DNA of 64,000 bases from Eledone cirrhosa (Eukaryota): the NCBI GenBank assembly GCA_964016885.1, contig OZ024751.1:2604001-2668000 (forward strand), written 5' to 3'. Under the pieces are notes generated by a model. The model saw nothing but the letters and a program-made list of their open reading frames with translations, had not been told where the DNA came from and ran no database searches. Of the stretch, positions 29,701 to 45,400 are shown piece by piece (position 1 is the first letter of the stretch; each line of letters begins with the position of its first letter). The position numbers and the translations under genes were made by a program.

Positions 29701-32700
29701 TTCTATGTTGAACAGTCGTATTGAACCTTCCCTGTTGAACTGTCATGTTGGACCTTCCCTGTTTAACTCTCATATTGAACCATCCCTGTTCAACTGTCAT
29801 ATTGAACTTTCTCTGTTGAACTGTCATGCTGAACCTTCCCTGTTGAACTGTCATGCTGAACCTTTCCTGTTTAACTGTCATGCTGAACCTTCTCTGTTGA
29901 ACTGTCATATTGAACTTTCTCTGTTGAACTGTCATGCTGAAGCTTCCCTGTTGAACTGTCATGCTGAACCTTCCCTGTTTAATTGTCATATTGAACTTTC
30001 TCTGTTTAACTGTCATGCTGAACCTTCCCTGTTTAACTGTCATATTGAACTTTCTCTGTTCAACTGTCATGCTGAACCTTCCCTGTTGAACTGTCATGTT
30101 GAACCTTCCCTGTTGAACTGTCATGTTCGACCTTCTCTGTTTAACTGTCATGTTGGAGCGTCTCCGTTTAACTGTCATATTGAACCTTCTCTTTTTAACT
30201 ATCATATTGAACTTTCCCTGTTGAACTGTCATGCTGAACCATCCCTGTTGAACTGTCATGTTGAATCTTCTCTGTTTAACTGTTATATTGAACCTTCTCT
30301 GTTTAACTGTCATATTGAACTTTTTCTGTTGAACTGTCATGCTGAATCTTCCCTGTTCAACTGTCATGCTGAACCTTCCCTGTTTAACTGTCATATTGAA
30401 CTTTCTCTGTTGAAATGTCATGTTGAACCTTCTCTGTTGAACTGTCATATTGAACCTTCTCTTTTGAACTGTCATGTTGGACCTTCTCTGTTGAACTGTC
30501 ATATTGAACCTTCTCTGTAGAACTGTCATGCTGAGCCTTCCCTCTTGAACTGTCATGTTGAATCTTCTCTGTTGAACTGTCATATTGAAACTTCTCAGTT
30601 GAACTGTCATGTTGGACCTTCCCTGTTTAACTGTCATATTGAACCTTCTCTGTTTAACTGTCATATTGAACTTTCTCTGTTGAACTGTCATGCTGAAGCT
30701 TCCCTGTTGAACTGTCATGCTGAACCTTCCCTGTTTAACTGTCATATTGAACTTTCTCTGTTGAACTGTCATGCTGAACCTTCCCTGTTGAACTATCATA
30801 TTGAACTTTCTCTGTTGAACTGTCATGTTGAACCTTCTCTGTTGAACTGTCATGCTGAACCTTCCCTGTTGAACTATCATATTGAACTTTCCCTGTTGAA
30901 CTGTCATGCTGAACCTTCACTGTTGAACTGTCATGCTGAATCTTCCCTGTTTAACTGTCATCCTGAACATTCTCTGTTGAACTGCCATATTGAACTTTCT
31001 CTGTTGAACTGTGATGCTGAATCTTCCCTGTTGAACTGTGATGCTGAACCTTCCCTGTTTAATTGTCATGTTGAACTTTCCTTGTATAACTGTCATGCTG
31101 AACCTTCCCTGTTTAACTGTCATATTGAACCTTCTCTGTTGAAATGTCATGCTGAACCTTCCCTGTTGAACTATCATATTGAACCTTCTCTGTTGAACTG
31201 TCATGTTGGACCGTCTCTGTTTAACTGTCACATTGAACCTTCTCTGTTTAACTATCATATTGAACTTTCTCTGTTGAACTGTCATGCAGAGCCTTCCCTG
31301 TTGAACTGTCATGTTGAATCTTCTCTGTTGAACTATCATATTGAACCTTCTCAGATGAACTGTCATGTTGGACCTTCCCTGTTTAACTGTCATATTGAAC
31401 CTTCTCTGTTTAACTGTCATATTGAACTTTCTCTGTTGAACTGTCATGCTGAAGCTTCCCTGTTGAACTGTCATGCTGAACCTTCCCTGTTTAACTGTCA
31501 TATTGAACTTTCTCTGTTGAACTGTCATGCTGAACCTTCCCTGTTGAACTATCATATTGAACTTTCTCTGTTGAACTGTCATGTTGAACCTACTCTGTTG
31601 AACTGTCATGCTGAACCTTCTCTGTTGAACTCTCATGCTGAACCTTCCCTGTTGAACTGTCATGTTGGACCTTCTCTGTTTAGCTGTCATATTGAACTTT
31701 CTCTGTTGAACTGTCATGCTGAACCTTCCTTGTTGAACTGTCATGTTGAACCTTCTCTGTTGAACTGTCATATTGAACCTTCTCTTTTTAACTGTCATGT
31801 TGGACCTTCTCTGTTGAACTGTCATATTAAACCTTCTCTGTAGAACTGTCATATTGAACCTTCTTTGTTTAACTGTGATATTGAACTTTCTCTGTTGAAC
31901 TGTCATACTGAACCTTCTCTGTTGAACTGTCATATTGAACAATCTCTGTTGAGCTATCATGCTGAACCTTCTCTGTTTAACTGTCATATCGAATCTTCTC
32001 TGTTTAACTGTCATATTGAACTTTCTCTGTTGAACTGTCATGCTGAACTTTCTATGTTGAACAGTGGTATTGAACCTTCCCTGTTGAACTGTCATGTTGA
32101 ACCTTCACTGTTGAACTGTCATACTGAACCTTCTCTGTTGAACAGTCGTATTGAACCTTCCCTGTTGAACTGTCATGTTGGACCTTCCCTGTTTAACTCT
32201 CATATTGAACCATCCCTGTTGAACTATCATATTGAACTTTCCCTGTTGAACTGTCATGCTGAACCTTCCCTGTTGAACTGTCATGCTGAATCTTCCCTGT
32301 TTAACTGTCATGCTGAACCTTCTCTGTTGAACTGTCATATTGAACTTTCTCTGTTGAACTGTGATGCTGAATCTTCCCTGTTGAACTGTCATGCTGAACC
32401 TTCCCTGTTTAATTGTCATATTGAACTTTCTCTGTTTAACTGTCATGCTGAACCTTCCCTGTTTAACTGTCATATTGAACCTTCTCTGTTGAACTGTCAT
32501 GCTGAACCTTCCCTGTTGAACTATAATTGAACCTTCTCTGTTGAACTGTCATTTTGGACCGTCTCTGTTTAACTGTCATATTGAACCTTCTCTGTTTAAC
32601 TATCATATCGAACTTTCTCTGTTGAACTGTCATGCTGAACCTTCCCTGTTGAACTGTCATGCTGAACCTTCCCTGTTGAACTATCATATTGAACTTTCTC

Positions 32701-33269
32701 TGTTGAACTGTCATGTTGAACCTACTCTGTTGAACTGTCATGCTGAACCTTCTCTTTTGAACTGTCATGCTGAACCTTCCCTGTTGAACTGTCATGTTGG
32801 ACCTTCTCTGTTTAACTGTCATATTGAACTTTCTCTGTTGAAATGTCATGCTGAACCTTCCTTGTTGAACTGTCACGTTGAACCTTCTCTGTTGAACTGT
32901 CATATTGAACCTTCTCTTTTGAACTGTCATGTTAGACCTTCTCTGTTGAACTGTCATATTGAACCTTCTCTGTTGAACTGTCATATTGGACCTTCCCTGT
33001 TTAACTGTCATATTGAACCTTCTCTGTATAACTGTCATATTGAACTTTCTCTGTTGAACTGTCATGCTGAAGCTTCCCTGTTGAACTTTCATATTGAACT
33101 TTCTCTGTTGAACTGTCATGTTGAACCTACTCTGTTAAACTGTCATACTGAACCTTCACTGTTGAACCGTCATGCTGAACCTTCCCTGTTGAACTGTCAT
33201 GTTAGACCTTCTCTGTTTAACTGTCATATTGAAACTTCTCTGTTGAACTGTCATGCTGAACCTTCCCTG

Positions 33270-36200
33270 TTGAACTATCATATTGAACCTTCTCTGTTGA
33301 ACTGTCATGTTGGACCGTCTCTGTTTAACTGTCATATTGAACCTTCTCTTTTGAACTGTCATGTTGGACCTTCTCTGTTGAACTGTCATATTGAACCTTT
33401 CTCTGTAGAACTGTCATATTGAACCTTCTTTGTTTAACTGTGATATTGAACTTTCTCTGTTGAACTGTCATACTGAACCTTCTCTGTTGAACTGTCATAT
33501 TGAACATTCTCTGTTGAGCTGTCATGCTGAACCTTCTCTGTTTAACTGTCATATTGAACCTTCTCTGGTTAACTGTTATATTGAACTTTCTCTGTTCAAA
33601 TGTCATGCTGAAGCTTCCCTGTTGAACTGTCATGTTGAACCTTCTCTGTTGAACTGTCATACTGAACCTTCTCTGTTGAACAGTCGTATTGAACCTTCCC
33701 TGTTGAAATGCCATGTTGGACCTTCCCTGTTTAACTCTCATATTGAACCATCCCAGTCGAACTGTCATATTGAACTTTCCCTGTTTAACTGTCATGCTGA
33801 ACCTTCTCTGTTGAACTGTTATATTGAACTTTCTCTGTTCAACTGTCATGCTGAATCTTCCCTCTTGAACTGTCATGCTGAACCTTCCCTGTTTAATTGT
33901 GATATTGAACTTTCTCTGTTGAACTGTCATGCTGAACCTTCCCTGTTGAACTGTCATATTGAACCTTCTCTGTTTAACTATCATGTTGAACTTTCTCTGT
34001 TGAACACTCCTGCTGAACCTTCCCTGTTGAACTGTCATATTGAACTTTCTCTGTTGAACTGTCATGCTGAAGCTTCCCTGTTGAACTTTCATGCTGAACC
34101 TTCCCTGTTTAACTGTCATATTGAACTTTCTCTGTTGAACTGTCATGCTGAATCTTCCCTGTTGAACTATCATATTGAACTTTGTCTGTTGAACTGTCAT
34201 GTTGAACCTACTCTGTTGAAATGTCATATTGAACTTTCTCTGTTGAACTGTCATGCCGAACCATCCTTGTTGAACTGTCATGTTGAACCTTCTCTGTTGA
34301 ACTGTCATATTGAACCTTCACTGTGGAACTGTCATGTTCGACCTTCTTTGTATAACTGTCATATTGAACCTTCTCTGTTTAACTGTCATATTGAACTTTC
34401 TCTGTTGAACTGTCATACTGAACCTTCTCTGTTGAACTGTCATATTGAACCTTCTCTGTTTAACTGTCATATTGAACTTTCTCTGTTGAACTGTCATGCT
34501 GAACCTTCCCTTTTGAACTGTCATGCTGAACATTCCCTGTTTAACTGTCATATTGAACTTTCTCTGTTGAACTGTCAGGTTGAACCTACTCTGTTGAACT
34601 GTCATGCTGAACCTTCTCTGTTGAACTGTCAAGCTGAACCTTCCCTGTTGAACTGTCATGTTGCACTTTCTCTGTTGAACTGTCATATTGAACTTTCTCT
34701 GTTGAACTGTCATATTGAACCTTCTCTGTTGAACTGTCATATTGAACCTTCTCTGTTTAACTGTCATATTGGACATTCTCTGTTGAACTGTCATGCCGAA
34801 CCATCCTTGTTGAACTGTCATGTTGAACCTTCTCTGTTGAACTATCATATTGAACCTTCTCTGTTGAACTGTCATGTTGGACCGTCTCTGTTTAACTGTC
34901 ATATTGAACCTTCTCTTTTGAACTGTCATGTTGGACCTTCTCTGTTGAACTGTCATATTGAACCTTTCTCTGTAGAACTGTCATATTGAACCTTCTTTGT
35001 TTAACTGTGATATTGAACTTTCTCTGTTGAACTGTCATACTGAACCTTCTCTGTTGAACTGTCATATTGAACATTCTCTGTTGAGCTGTCATGCTGAACC
35101 TTCTCTGTTTAACTGTCATATTGAACCTTCTCTGGTTAACTGTTATATTGAACTTTCTCTGTTCAAATGTCATGCTGAAGCTTCCCTGTTGAACTGTCAT
35201 GTTGAACCTTCTCTGTTGAACTGTCATACTGAACCTTCTCTGTTGAACAGTCGTATTGAACCTTCCCTGTTGAAATGCCATGTTGGACCTTCCCTGTTTA
35301 ACTCTCATATTGAACCATCCCAGTCGAACTGTCATATTGAACTTTCCCTGTTTAACTGTCATGCTGAACCTTCTCTGTTGAACTGTTATATTGAACTTTC
35401 TCTGTTCAACTGTCATGCTGAATCTTCCCTCTTGAACTGTCAGGCTGAACCTTCCCTGTTTAATTGTGATATTGAACTTTCTCTGTTGAACTGTCATGCT
35501 GAACCTTCCCTGTTGAACTGTCATATTGAACCTTCTCTGTTTAACTATCATGTTGAACTTTCTCTGTTGAACACTCCTGCTGAACCTTCCCTGTTGAACT
35601 GTCATATTGAACTTTCTCTGTTGAACTGTCATGCTGAAGCTTCCCTGTTGAACTTTCATGCTGAACCTTCCCTGTTTAACTGTCATATTGAACTTTCTCT
35701 GTTGAACTGTCATGCTGAATCTTCCCTGTTGAACTATCATATTGAACTTTGTCTGTTGAACTGTCATGTTGAACCTACTCTGTTGAAATGTCATATTGAA
35801 CTTTCTCTGTTGAACTGTCATGCCGAACCATCCTTGTTGAACTGTCATGTTGAACCTTCTCTGATGAACTGTCATATTGAACCTTCACTGTGGAACTGTC
35901 ATGTTCGACCTTCTTTGTATAACTGTCATATTGAACCTTCTCTGTTTAACTGTCATATTGAACTTTCTCTGTTGAACTGTCATACTGAACCTTCTCTGTT
36001 GAACTGTCATATTGAACCTTCTCTGTTTAACTGTCATATTGAACTTTCTCTGTTGAACTGTCATGCTGAACCTTCCCTTTTGAACTGTCATGCTGAACAT
36101 TCCCTGTTTAACTGTCATATTGAACTTTCTCTGTTGAACTGTCAGGTTGAACCTACTCTGTTGAACTGTCATGGTGAACCTTCTCTGTTGAACTGTCAAG

Positions 36201-36400
36201 CTGAACCTTCCCTGTTGAACTGTCATGTTGCACTTTCTCTGTTGAACTGTCATATTGAACTTTCTCTGTTGAACTGTCATATTGAACCTTCTCTGTTGAA
36301 CTGTCATATTGAACCTTCTCTGTTTAACTGTCATATTGGACATTCTCTGTTGAACTGTCATGCCGAACCATCCTTGTTGAACTGTCATGTTGAACCTTCT
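33270..36400. repeat. Higher-order duplication, period 1567 bp (58 monomers + 1 bp)
   Basis: ORF pairs 33325/34892, 33430/34997 and 34318/35885 are offset by 1567 and share rare variants such as 'aacactcctgct' and 'cccagtcgaac'. Outer limits are approximate. Confidence 0.85.
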
Positions 36401-39400
36401 CTGTTGAACTGTCATATTGAAGCTTCACTGTTGAACTGTCATGTTCGACCTTCTCTGTAGAACTGTCATATTGAACCTTCTCTGTTTTACTGTCATACTG
36501 CACTTTCTCTGTTCAAATGTCATGCTGAACATTCCCTGTTAAACTGTCATGTTGAACCTTCACTGTTGAACTGTCATACTGAACCTTCTCTGTTGAACAG
36601 TCGTATTGAACCTTCCCTGTTGAACTGCCATGTTGGACCTTCCCTGTTTAACTCTCATATTGAACCATCCCTGTCGAACTGTCATATTGAACTTTCCCTG
36701 TTGAACTGTCATGCTGAACCTTCCCTGTTGAACTGTCATACTGAACCTTCCCTGTTTAACTGTCATGCTGAACCTTCTCTGTTGAACTGTCATATTGAAC
36801 TTTCTCTGTTGAACTGTGATGCTGAATCTTCCCTGTTGAACTGTCATGCTGAACCTTCCCTGTTTAACTGTCATATTGAACTTTCTCTGTTGAACTGTCA
36901 TGCTGAATCTTCCCTGTTGAACTATCATGTTGAACTTTCTCTGTTGAACTGTCATGTTGAACCTACTCTGTTGAAATGTCATATTGAACTTTCTCTGTTG
37001 AACTGTCATGCTGAACCTTCTCTGTTGAACTGTCATATTGAACCTTCCCTGTTGAACTGTCATTTTGAACCTTCTCTGTTGAACTGTCATATTGAACCTT
37101 CCCTGTTGGACTGTCATGTTGAACCTTCTCTGTTTAACTGTCATATTGAACCTTCTTTGTTGAACTGTCATGGTGGACCTTCCCTGTTTAACTGTCATAT
37201 TGAACCTTCTCTGTTTAACTGTCATATTGAACTTTCTCTGTTGAACTGTCACGCTGAATCTTCCCTGTTGAACTGTCATGCTGAACCTTCCCTGTTTAAC
37301 TGTCATATTGAACTTTCTCTGTTGAACTGTCATGCTGTACCTTCTCCGTTGAACTGTCATGCTGAACCTTCCCTGTTGAACTATCATATTGAACTTTCTC
37401 TGTTGAACTGTCATGTTGAACCTACTGTGTTAAAATGTCATATTGAACTTTCTCTGTTGAACTGTCATGCTGAACCTTCTCTGTTGAACTGTCATGCTGA
37501 ACCTTCCCTGTTGAACTGTCATGTTGGACCTTCTGTTTAACTGTCATATTGAACTTTCTCTGTTGAACTGTCATGCTGAACCTTCCTTGTTGAACTGTCA
37601 CGTTGAACCTTCTCTGTTGAACTGTCATATTGAACCTTCTCTGTTGAACTGTCATGTTGGGCCTTCCCTGTTTAACTGTCATATTGAACCTTCTCTGTTT
37701 AACTGTCATATTGAACTTTCACTGTTGAACTGTCATGCTGAAGCTTCCCTGTTGAACTGTCATGCTGAACCTTCCCTGTTTAACTGTCATGTTGAACTTT
37801 CTCTGTTGAACTGTCATGCTGAACCTTCCCTGTTGAACTATCATATTGAACTTTCTCTGTTGAACTGTCATGTTGAACCTACTCTGTTAAACTGTCATGC
37901 TGAACCTTCACTGTTGAACTGTCATGCTGAACCTTCCCTGTTGAACTGTCATGTTGGACCTTCTCTGTTTAACTGTCATATTGAACCTTCTCTGTTGTAC
38001 TGTCATGTTGAACCTTCTCTGTTGAACTGTCATATTGAACCTTCTCTTTGAACTGTCATGTTGGACCTTCTCTGTTGAACTGTCATATTGAACCTTTCTC
38101 TGTAGAACTGTCATATTGTACCTTCTTTGTTTAACTGTGATATTGAACTTTCTCTGTTGAACTCTCATACTGAACCTTCTCTGTTGAACTGTCATGCTGA
38201 ACCTTCTCTGTTGAGCTGTCATGCTGAACCCTCTCCGTTTAACTGTCATATTGAACCTTCTCTGTTTAACTGTTGTATTGAACTTTCTCTATTGAACTGT
38301 CATGCTGAACCTTCCCTGTTGAACTGTCATGCTGAACCTTCCCTGTTTAACTGTCATATTGCACTTTCTCTGTTCAAATGTCATGTTGAACTGCCATGTT
38401 GAACCTTCTCTGTTGTACTGTCATACTGAACCTTCTCTGTTGAACAGTCGTATTGAACCTTCCCTGTTGAACTTCCATGTTGGACCTTCCCTGTTTAACT
38501 CTCATATTGAACCATCCTGTCGAACTGTCATATTGAACTTTCCCTGTTGAACTGTCATGCTGAACCTTCCCTGTTGAACTGTCATACTGAACCTTCCCTG
38601 TTTAACTGTCATGCTGAACCTTCTCTGTCGAACTGTCATATTGAACTTTCACTGTTGAACTGTGTTGCTGAATCTTCCCTGTTGAACTGTCATGCTGAAC
38701 CTTCCCTGTTTAATTGTGATATTGAACTTTCACTGTTGAACTGTCATGCTGAACCTTCCCTGTTGAACTGTCATGTTGAACCTTCTTTGTTGAGCTGTCA
38801 TGCTGAACCTTCCCTGTTGAACTATCATATTGAACCTTCTCTGTTGAACTGTCATATTGAACCTTCTCTTTTGAACTGTCATGTTGGACCTTCTCTGTTG
38901 AACTGTCATATTGAACCTTTCTCTGTAGAACTGTCATATTGAACCTTCTTTGTTTAACTGTGATATTGAACTTTCTCTGTTGAACTGTCATACTGAATCT
39001 TCTATGTTGAACTGTCATATTGAACATTCTCTGTTGAGCTGTCATGCTGAACCTTCTCCGTTTAACTGTCATATTGAACCTTCTCTGTTTAACTGTTATA
39101 TTGAACTTTCTCTATTGAACTGTCATGCTGAACCTTCCCTGTTGAACTGTCATGCTGAACCTTCCCTGTTTAACTGACATATTACATTTTCTCTGTTCAA
39201 ATATCATGTTGAACTGTCATGTTGAACCTACTCTGTTGAAATGTCATATTGAACTTTCTCTGTTGAACTATCATGCTGAACCTTCTCTGTTGAACTGTCA
39301 TATTGAACCTTCCCTGTTGAACTGTCATTTTGAACCTACTCTGTTGAACTGTCATATTGAACCTTCCCTGTTGAACTGTCATGTTGAACCTTCTCTGTTT

Positions 39401-42400
39401 AACTGTCATATTGGAAATTGTCTGTTGAACTGTCATGCCGAACCATCCTTGTTGAACTGTCATGTTGAACCTTCTCTGTTGAACTGTCATATTGAACCTT
39501 CACTGTGGAACTGTCATGTCGACCTTCTCTGTATAACTGTCATATTGAACCTTCTCTGTTTAACTGTCATATTGAACTTTCTCTGTTGAACTGTCATACT
39601 GAACCTTCTCTGTTGAACTGTCATATTGAACCTTCTCTGTTTAACTGCCATATTGAACTTTCTCTGTTGAACTGTCATGCTGAACCTTCCCTTTTGAACT
39701 GTCATATTGAAATTCCTCTTTTGAACGGTCATGCTGAACCTTCCCCGTTGAACTATCATATTGAACTTTCTCTGTTGAACTGTCATGTTGAACCTACTCT
39801 GTTGAAATGTCATATTGAACTTTCTCTGTTGAACTGTCATGCTGAACCTTCTCTGTTGAACTGTCATATTGAACCTTCCCTGTTGAACTGTCATTTTGAA
39901 CCTTCTCTGTTGAACTGTCATATTGAACCTTCCCTGTTGAACAGTCATGTTGAACCTTCTCTGTTTAACTGTCATATTGGAAATTGTCTGTTGAACTGTC
40001 ATGCCGAACCATCCTTGTTGAACTGTCATGTTGAACCTTCACTGTTGAACTGTCATACTGAACCTTCTCTGTTGAACTGTCATATTGAACCTTCTCTGTT
40101 TAACTGTCATATTGAACTTTCTCTGTTGAACTGTCATATTGGAAATTGTCTGTTGAACTGTCATGCTGAACATTCCCTGTTTAACTGTCATATTGAACTT
40201 TCTCTTTTGAACTGTCATGCTGAACCTTCCCCGTTGAACTATCATATTGAACTTTCTCTGTTGAACTGTCATGTTGAACCTACTCTGTTGAAATGTCATG
40301 CTGAACCTTCTCTGTTTAACTGTCATGCTGAACCTTCCCTGTTGAACTGTCATGTTGCACTTTCTCTGTTGAACTGTCATATTGAACTTTCTCTGTTGAA
40401 CTGTCATGCTGAACCTTCTCTGTTGAACTGTCATATTGAACCTTCCCTGATGAACTGTCACTTTGAACCTTCTCTGTTGAACTGTCATATTGAACCTTCT
40501 CTGTTTAACTGTCATATTGAACCTTCACTGTTGAACTGTCATATTGAACTTTCTCTGTTGAACTGTCATGCTCAACCTTCCCTGTTGAACTGTCATGCTG
40601 AACCTTCCCTGTCGAACTGTCATTTGAACCTTCTCTGTTGAACTGTCATATTGAACCTTTTCTGTTGAACTGTCATGCTGAACCTTCGCTTTTTAACTGT
40701 TGTATTGAACATTCTCTGTTGAACTGTCCTGCTGAACCTTCTCTGTTGAACTGTCATATTGAACCTTCCCTGTTGAACTGTCATTTTGAACCTTCCCTGT
40801 TGAACTGTCACATTGAACCTTCCCTGTTGAACTGTCATATTGAACTTTCTCTGTTTAACTATCATATTGAACTTTCTCTGTTGAACTGTCATGCTGAACC
40901 TTCCCTTTTTAACTGTCATATTGAACTTTCTCTGTTGAACTGTCATACTGAACCTTCTCTGTTGAACTGTCATATTGAACCTTCTCTGTTTAACTGTCAT
41001 ATTGAACTTTCTCTGTTGAACTGTCATGCTGAACCTTCCCTTTTGAACTGTCATGCTGAACATTCCCTGTTTAACTGTCATATTGAACTTTCTCTTTTGA
41101 ACTGTCATGCTGAACCTTCCCCGTTGAACTATCATATTGAACTTTCTCTGTTGAACTGTCATGTTGAACCTACTCTGTTGAACTCTCATGCTGAACCTTC
41201 TCTGTTTAACTGTCATGCTGAACCTTCCCTGTTGAACTGTCATGTTGCACTTTCTCTGTTGAACTGTCATATTGAACTTTCTCTGTTGAACTGTCATGCT
41301 GAACCTTCTCTGTTGAACTGTCATATTGAACCTTCCCTGATGAACTGTCATTTTGAACCTTCTCTGTTGAACTGTCATATTGAACCTTCTCTGTTTAACT
41401 GTCATATTGGACATTCTCTGTTGAATTGTCATGCCAAACCATCCTTGTTGAACTGTCACGTTGAACCTTCTCTGTTTAACTGTCATATTGAACCTTCTCT
41501 GTTTAACTGTCATATTGAACTTTCACTGTTGAACTGTCATGCTGAAGCTTCCCTGTTGAACTGTCATGCTGAACCTTCCCTGTTTAACTGTCATGTTGAA
41601 CTTTCTCTGTTGAACTGTCATGCTGAACCTTCCCTGTTGAACTATTATATTGAACTTACTCTGTTGAACTGTCATGTTGAACCTACTCTGTTAAACTGTC
41701 ATGCTGAACCTTCTCTGTTGAACTGTCATGCTGAACCTTCCCTGTTGAACTGTCATGTTGGACCTTCTCTGTTTAACTGTCATATTGAACCTTCTCTGTT
41801 GAACTGTCCTGCTGAACCTTCCCTGTTGGACTGTCATGTTGAACCTTCTCTGTTTAACTGTCATATTGAACTTTCACTGTTGAACTGTCATGCTGAAGCT
41901 TCCCTGTTGAACAGTCATGCTGAACCTTCCCTGTTTAACTGTCATGTTGAACATTCTCTGTTGAACTGTCTTGCTGAACCTTCCCTGTTGAACTATCATA
42001 TTGAACTTTCTCTGTTGAACTGTCATGTTGAACCTACTCTGTTAAACTGTCATGCTGAACCTTCTCTGTTGAACTGTCATGCTGAACCTTCCCTGTTGAA
42101 CTGTCATGTTGGACCTTCTCTGTTTAACTGTCATATTGAACCTTCTCTGTTTAACTGTCATGTTGAACCTTCTCTGTTGAACTGTCATATTGAACCTTCT
42201 CTTTTGAACTGTCATGTTGGACCTTCTCTGTTGAACTGTCATATTGAACCTTTCTCTGTAGAACTGTCATATTGAACCTTCTTTGTTTAACTGTGATATT
42301 GAACTTTCTCTGTTGAACTCTCATACTGAACCTTCTCTGTTGAACTGTCATATTGAACATTCTCTGTTGAGCTGTCATGCTGAACCTTCTCCGTTTAACT

Positions 42401-45400
42401 GTCATATTGAACCTTCTCTGTTTAACTGTTATACTGAACTTTCTCTATTGAACTGTCATGCTGAACCTTCCCTGTTTAACTGTCATATTGCACTTTCTCT
42501 GTTCAAATGTCATGTCGAACTGTCATATTGAACTTTCACTGTTGAACTGTGTTGCTGAATCTTCCCTGTTGAACTGTCATGCTGAACCTTCCCTGTTTAA
42601 TTGTGATATTGAACTTTCTCTGTTGAACTGTCATGCTGAACCTTCCCTGTTGAACTGTCATATTGAACCTTCTTTGTTGAACTGTCATGCTGAACCTTCC
42701 CTGTTGAACTATCATATTGAACCTTCTCTGTTGAACTGTCATATTGAACCTTTCTCTGTAGAACTGTCATATTGAACCTTCTTTGTTTAACTGTGATATT
42801 GAACTTTGTCTGTTGAACTGTCATACTGAATCTTCTCTGTTGAAGTGTCATATTGAACATTCTCTGTTGAGCTGTCATGCTGAACCTTCTCCGTTTAACT
42901 GTCATATTGAACCTTCTCTGTTTAACTGTTATATTGAACTTTCTCTATTGAACTGTCATGCTGAACCTTCCCTGTTTAACTGACATATTGCATTTTCTAT
43001 GTTCAAATGTCATGTTGAACTGTCATGTTGAACCTACTCTGTTGAAATGTCATATTGAACTTTCTCTGTTGAACTGTCATGCTGAACCTTCTCTGTTGAA
43101 CTGTCATATTGAACCTTCCCTGTTGAACTGTCATTTTGAACCTTCTCTGTTGAACTGTCATATTGAACCTTCCCTGTTGAACTGTCATGTTGAACCTTCT
43201 CTGTTTAACTGTCATATTGGAAATTGTCTGTTGAACTGTCATGCCGAACCATCCTTGTTGAACTGTCATGTTGAACCTTCTCTCTTGAACTGTCATATTG
43301 AACCTTCACTGTGGAACTGTCATGTCGACTTTCTCTGTATAACTGTCATATTGAACCTTCTCTGTTTAACTGTCATATTGAACTTTCTCTGTTGAACTGT
43401 CATACTGAACCTTCTCTGTTGAACTGTCATATTGAACCTTCTCTGTTTAACTGTCATATTGAACTTTCTCTGTTGAACTGTCATGCTGAACCTTCCCTTT
43501 TGAACTGTCATGCTGAACATTCCCTGTTTAACTGTCATATTGAACTTTCTCTTTTGAACTGTCATGCTGAACCTTCCCCGTTGAACTATCATATTGAACT
43601 TTCTCTGTTGAACTGTCATGTTGAACCTACTCTGTTGAAATGTCATATTGAACTTTCTCTGTTGAACTGTCATGCTGAACCTTCTCTGTTGAACTGTCAT
43701 ACTGAACCTTCCCTGTTGAACTGTCATTTTGAACCTTCTCTGTTGAACTGTCATATTGAACCTTCCCTGTTGAACTGTCATGTTGAACCTTCTCTGTTTA
43801 ACTGTCATATTGGAAATTGTCTGTTGAACTGTCATGCCGAACCATCCTTGTTGAACTGTCATGTTGAACCTTCTCTGTTGAACTGTCATACTGAACCTTC
43901 TCTGTTGAACTGTCATATTGAACCTTCTCTGTTTAACTGTCATATTGAACTTTCTCTGTTGAACTGTCATATTGAACTTTCTCTTTTGAACTGTCATGCT
44001 GAACCTTCCCCGTTGAACTATCATATTGAACTTTCTCTGTTGAACTGTCATGTTGAACCTACTCTGTTGAACTGTCATGCTGAACCTTCTCTGTTTAACT
44101 GTCATGCTGAACCTTCCCTGTTGAACTGTCATGTTGCACTTTCTCTGTTGAACTGTCATATTGAACTTTCTCTGTTGAACTGTCATGCTGAACCTTCTCC
44201 GTTGAACTGTCATATTGAACCTTCCCTGATGAACTGTCATTTTGAACCTTCTCTGTTGAACTGTCATATTGAACCTTCTCTGTTTAACTGTCATATTGGA
44301 CATTCTCTGTTGAATTGTCATGCCAAACCATCCTTGTTGAACTGTCACGTTGAACCTTCTCTGTTGAACTGTCATATTGAACCTTCACTGTTTAACTGTC
44401 ATATTGAACTTTCTCTGTTTAACTGTCATATTGAACTTTCTCTGTTGAACTGTCATGCTGAACCTTCTCTGTTGAACTGTCATGCTGAACCTTCCTTGTT
44501 GAACTGTCATGTTGTTTAACTGTCATATTGGACATTCTCTGTTGAATTGTCATGCCAAACCATCCTTGTTGAACTGTCACGTTGAACCTTCTCTGTTGAA
44601 CTGTCATATTGAACTTTCTCTGTAGAACTGTCATATTGAACCTTCTCTGTTTAACTGTCATATTGAACTTTCTCTGTTGAACTGTCATGCTGAACCTTCT
44701 CTTTTGAACTGTCATGCTGAACCTTCCTTGTTGAACTGTCATGTTGAACCTTCCCTGTTGAACTGTCATGTTGGACGTTCTCTGTTTAACTGTCATATTG
44801 AACCTTCCCTGTTGAACTGTCATGTTGAACCTTCTCTGTTGAACTGTCATATTGAACCTTCCCTGTTGAACCGTCATGTTGAACCTTCTCTGTTTAACTG
44901 TCATATTGGACATTCTCTGTTGAATTGTCATGCCGAACCATCCTTGTTGAACTGTCATGTTGAACCTTCTCTCTTGAACTGTCATATTGAACCTTCACTG
45001 TGGAACTGTCATGTCGACCTTCTCTGTATAACTGTCATATTGAACCTTCTCTGTTTAACTGTCATATTGAACTTTCTCTGTTGAACTGTCATACTGAACC
45101 TTCTCTGTTGAACTGTCATATTGAACCTTCTCTGTTTAACTGTCATATTGAACTTTCTCTGTTGAACTGTCATGCTGAACCTTCCCTTTTGAACTGTCAT
45201 GCTGAACATTCCCTGTTTAACTGTCATATTGAACTTTCTCTTTTGAACTGTAATGCTGAACCTTCCCCGTTGAACTATCATATTGAACTTTCTCTGTTGA
45301 ACTGTCATGTTGAACCTACTCTGTTGAAATGTCATATTGAACTTTCTCTGTTGAACTGTCATGCTGAACATTCTCTGTTGAACTGTCATACTGAACCTTC

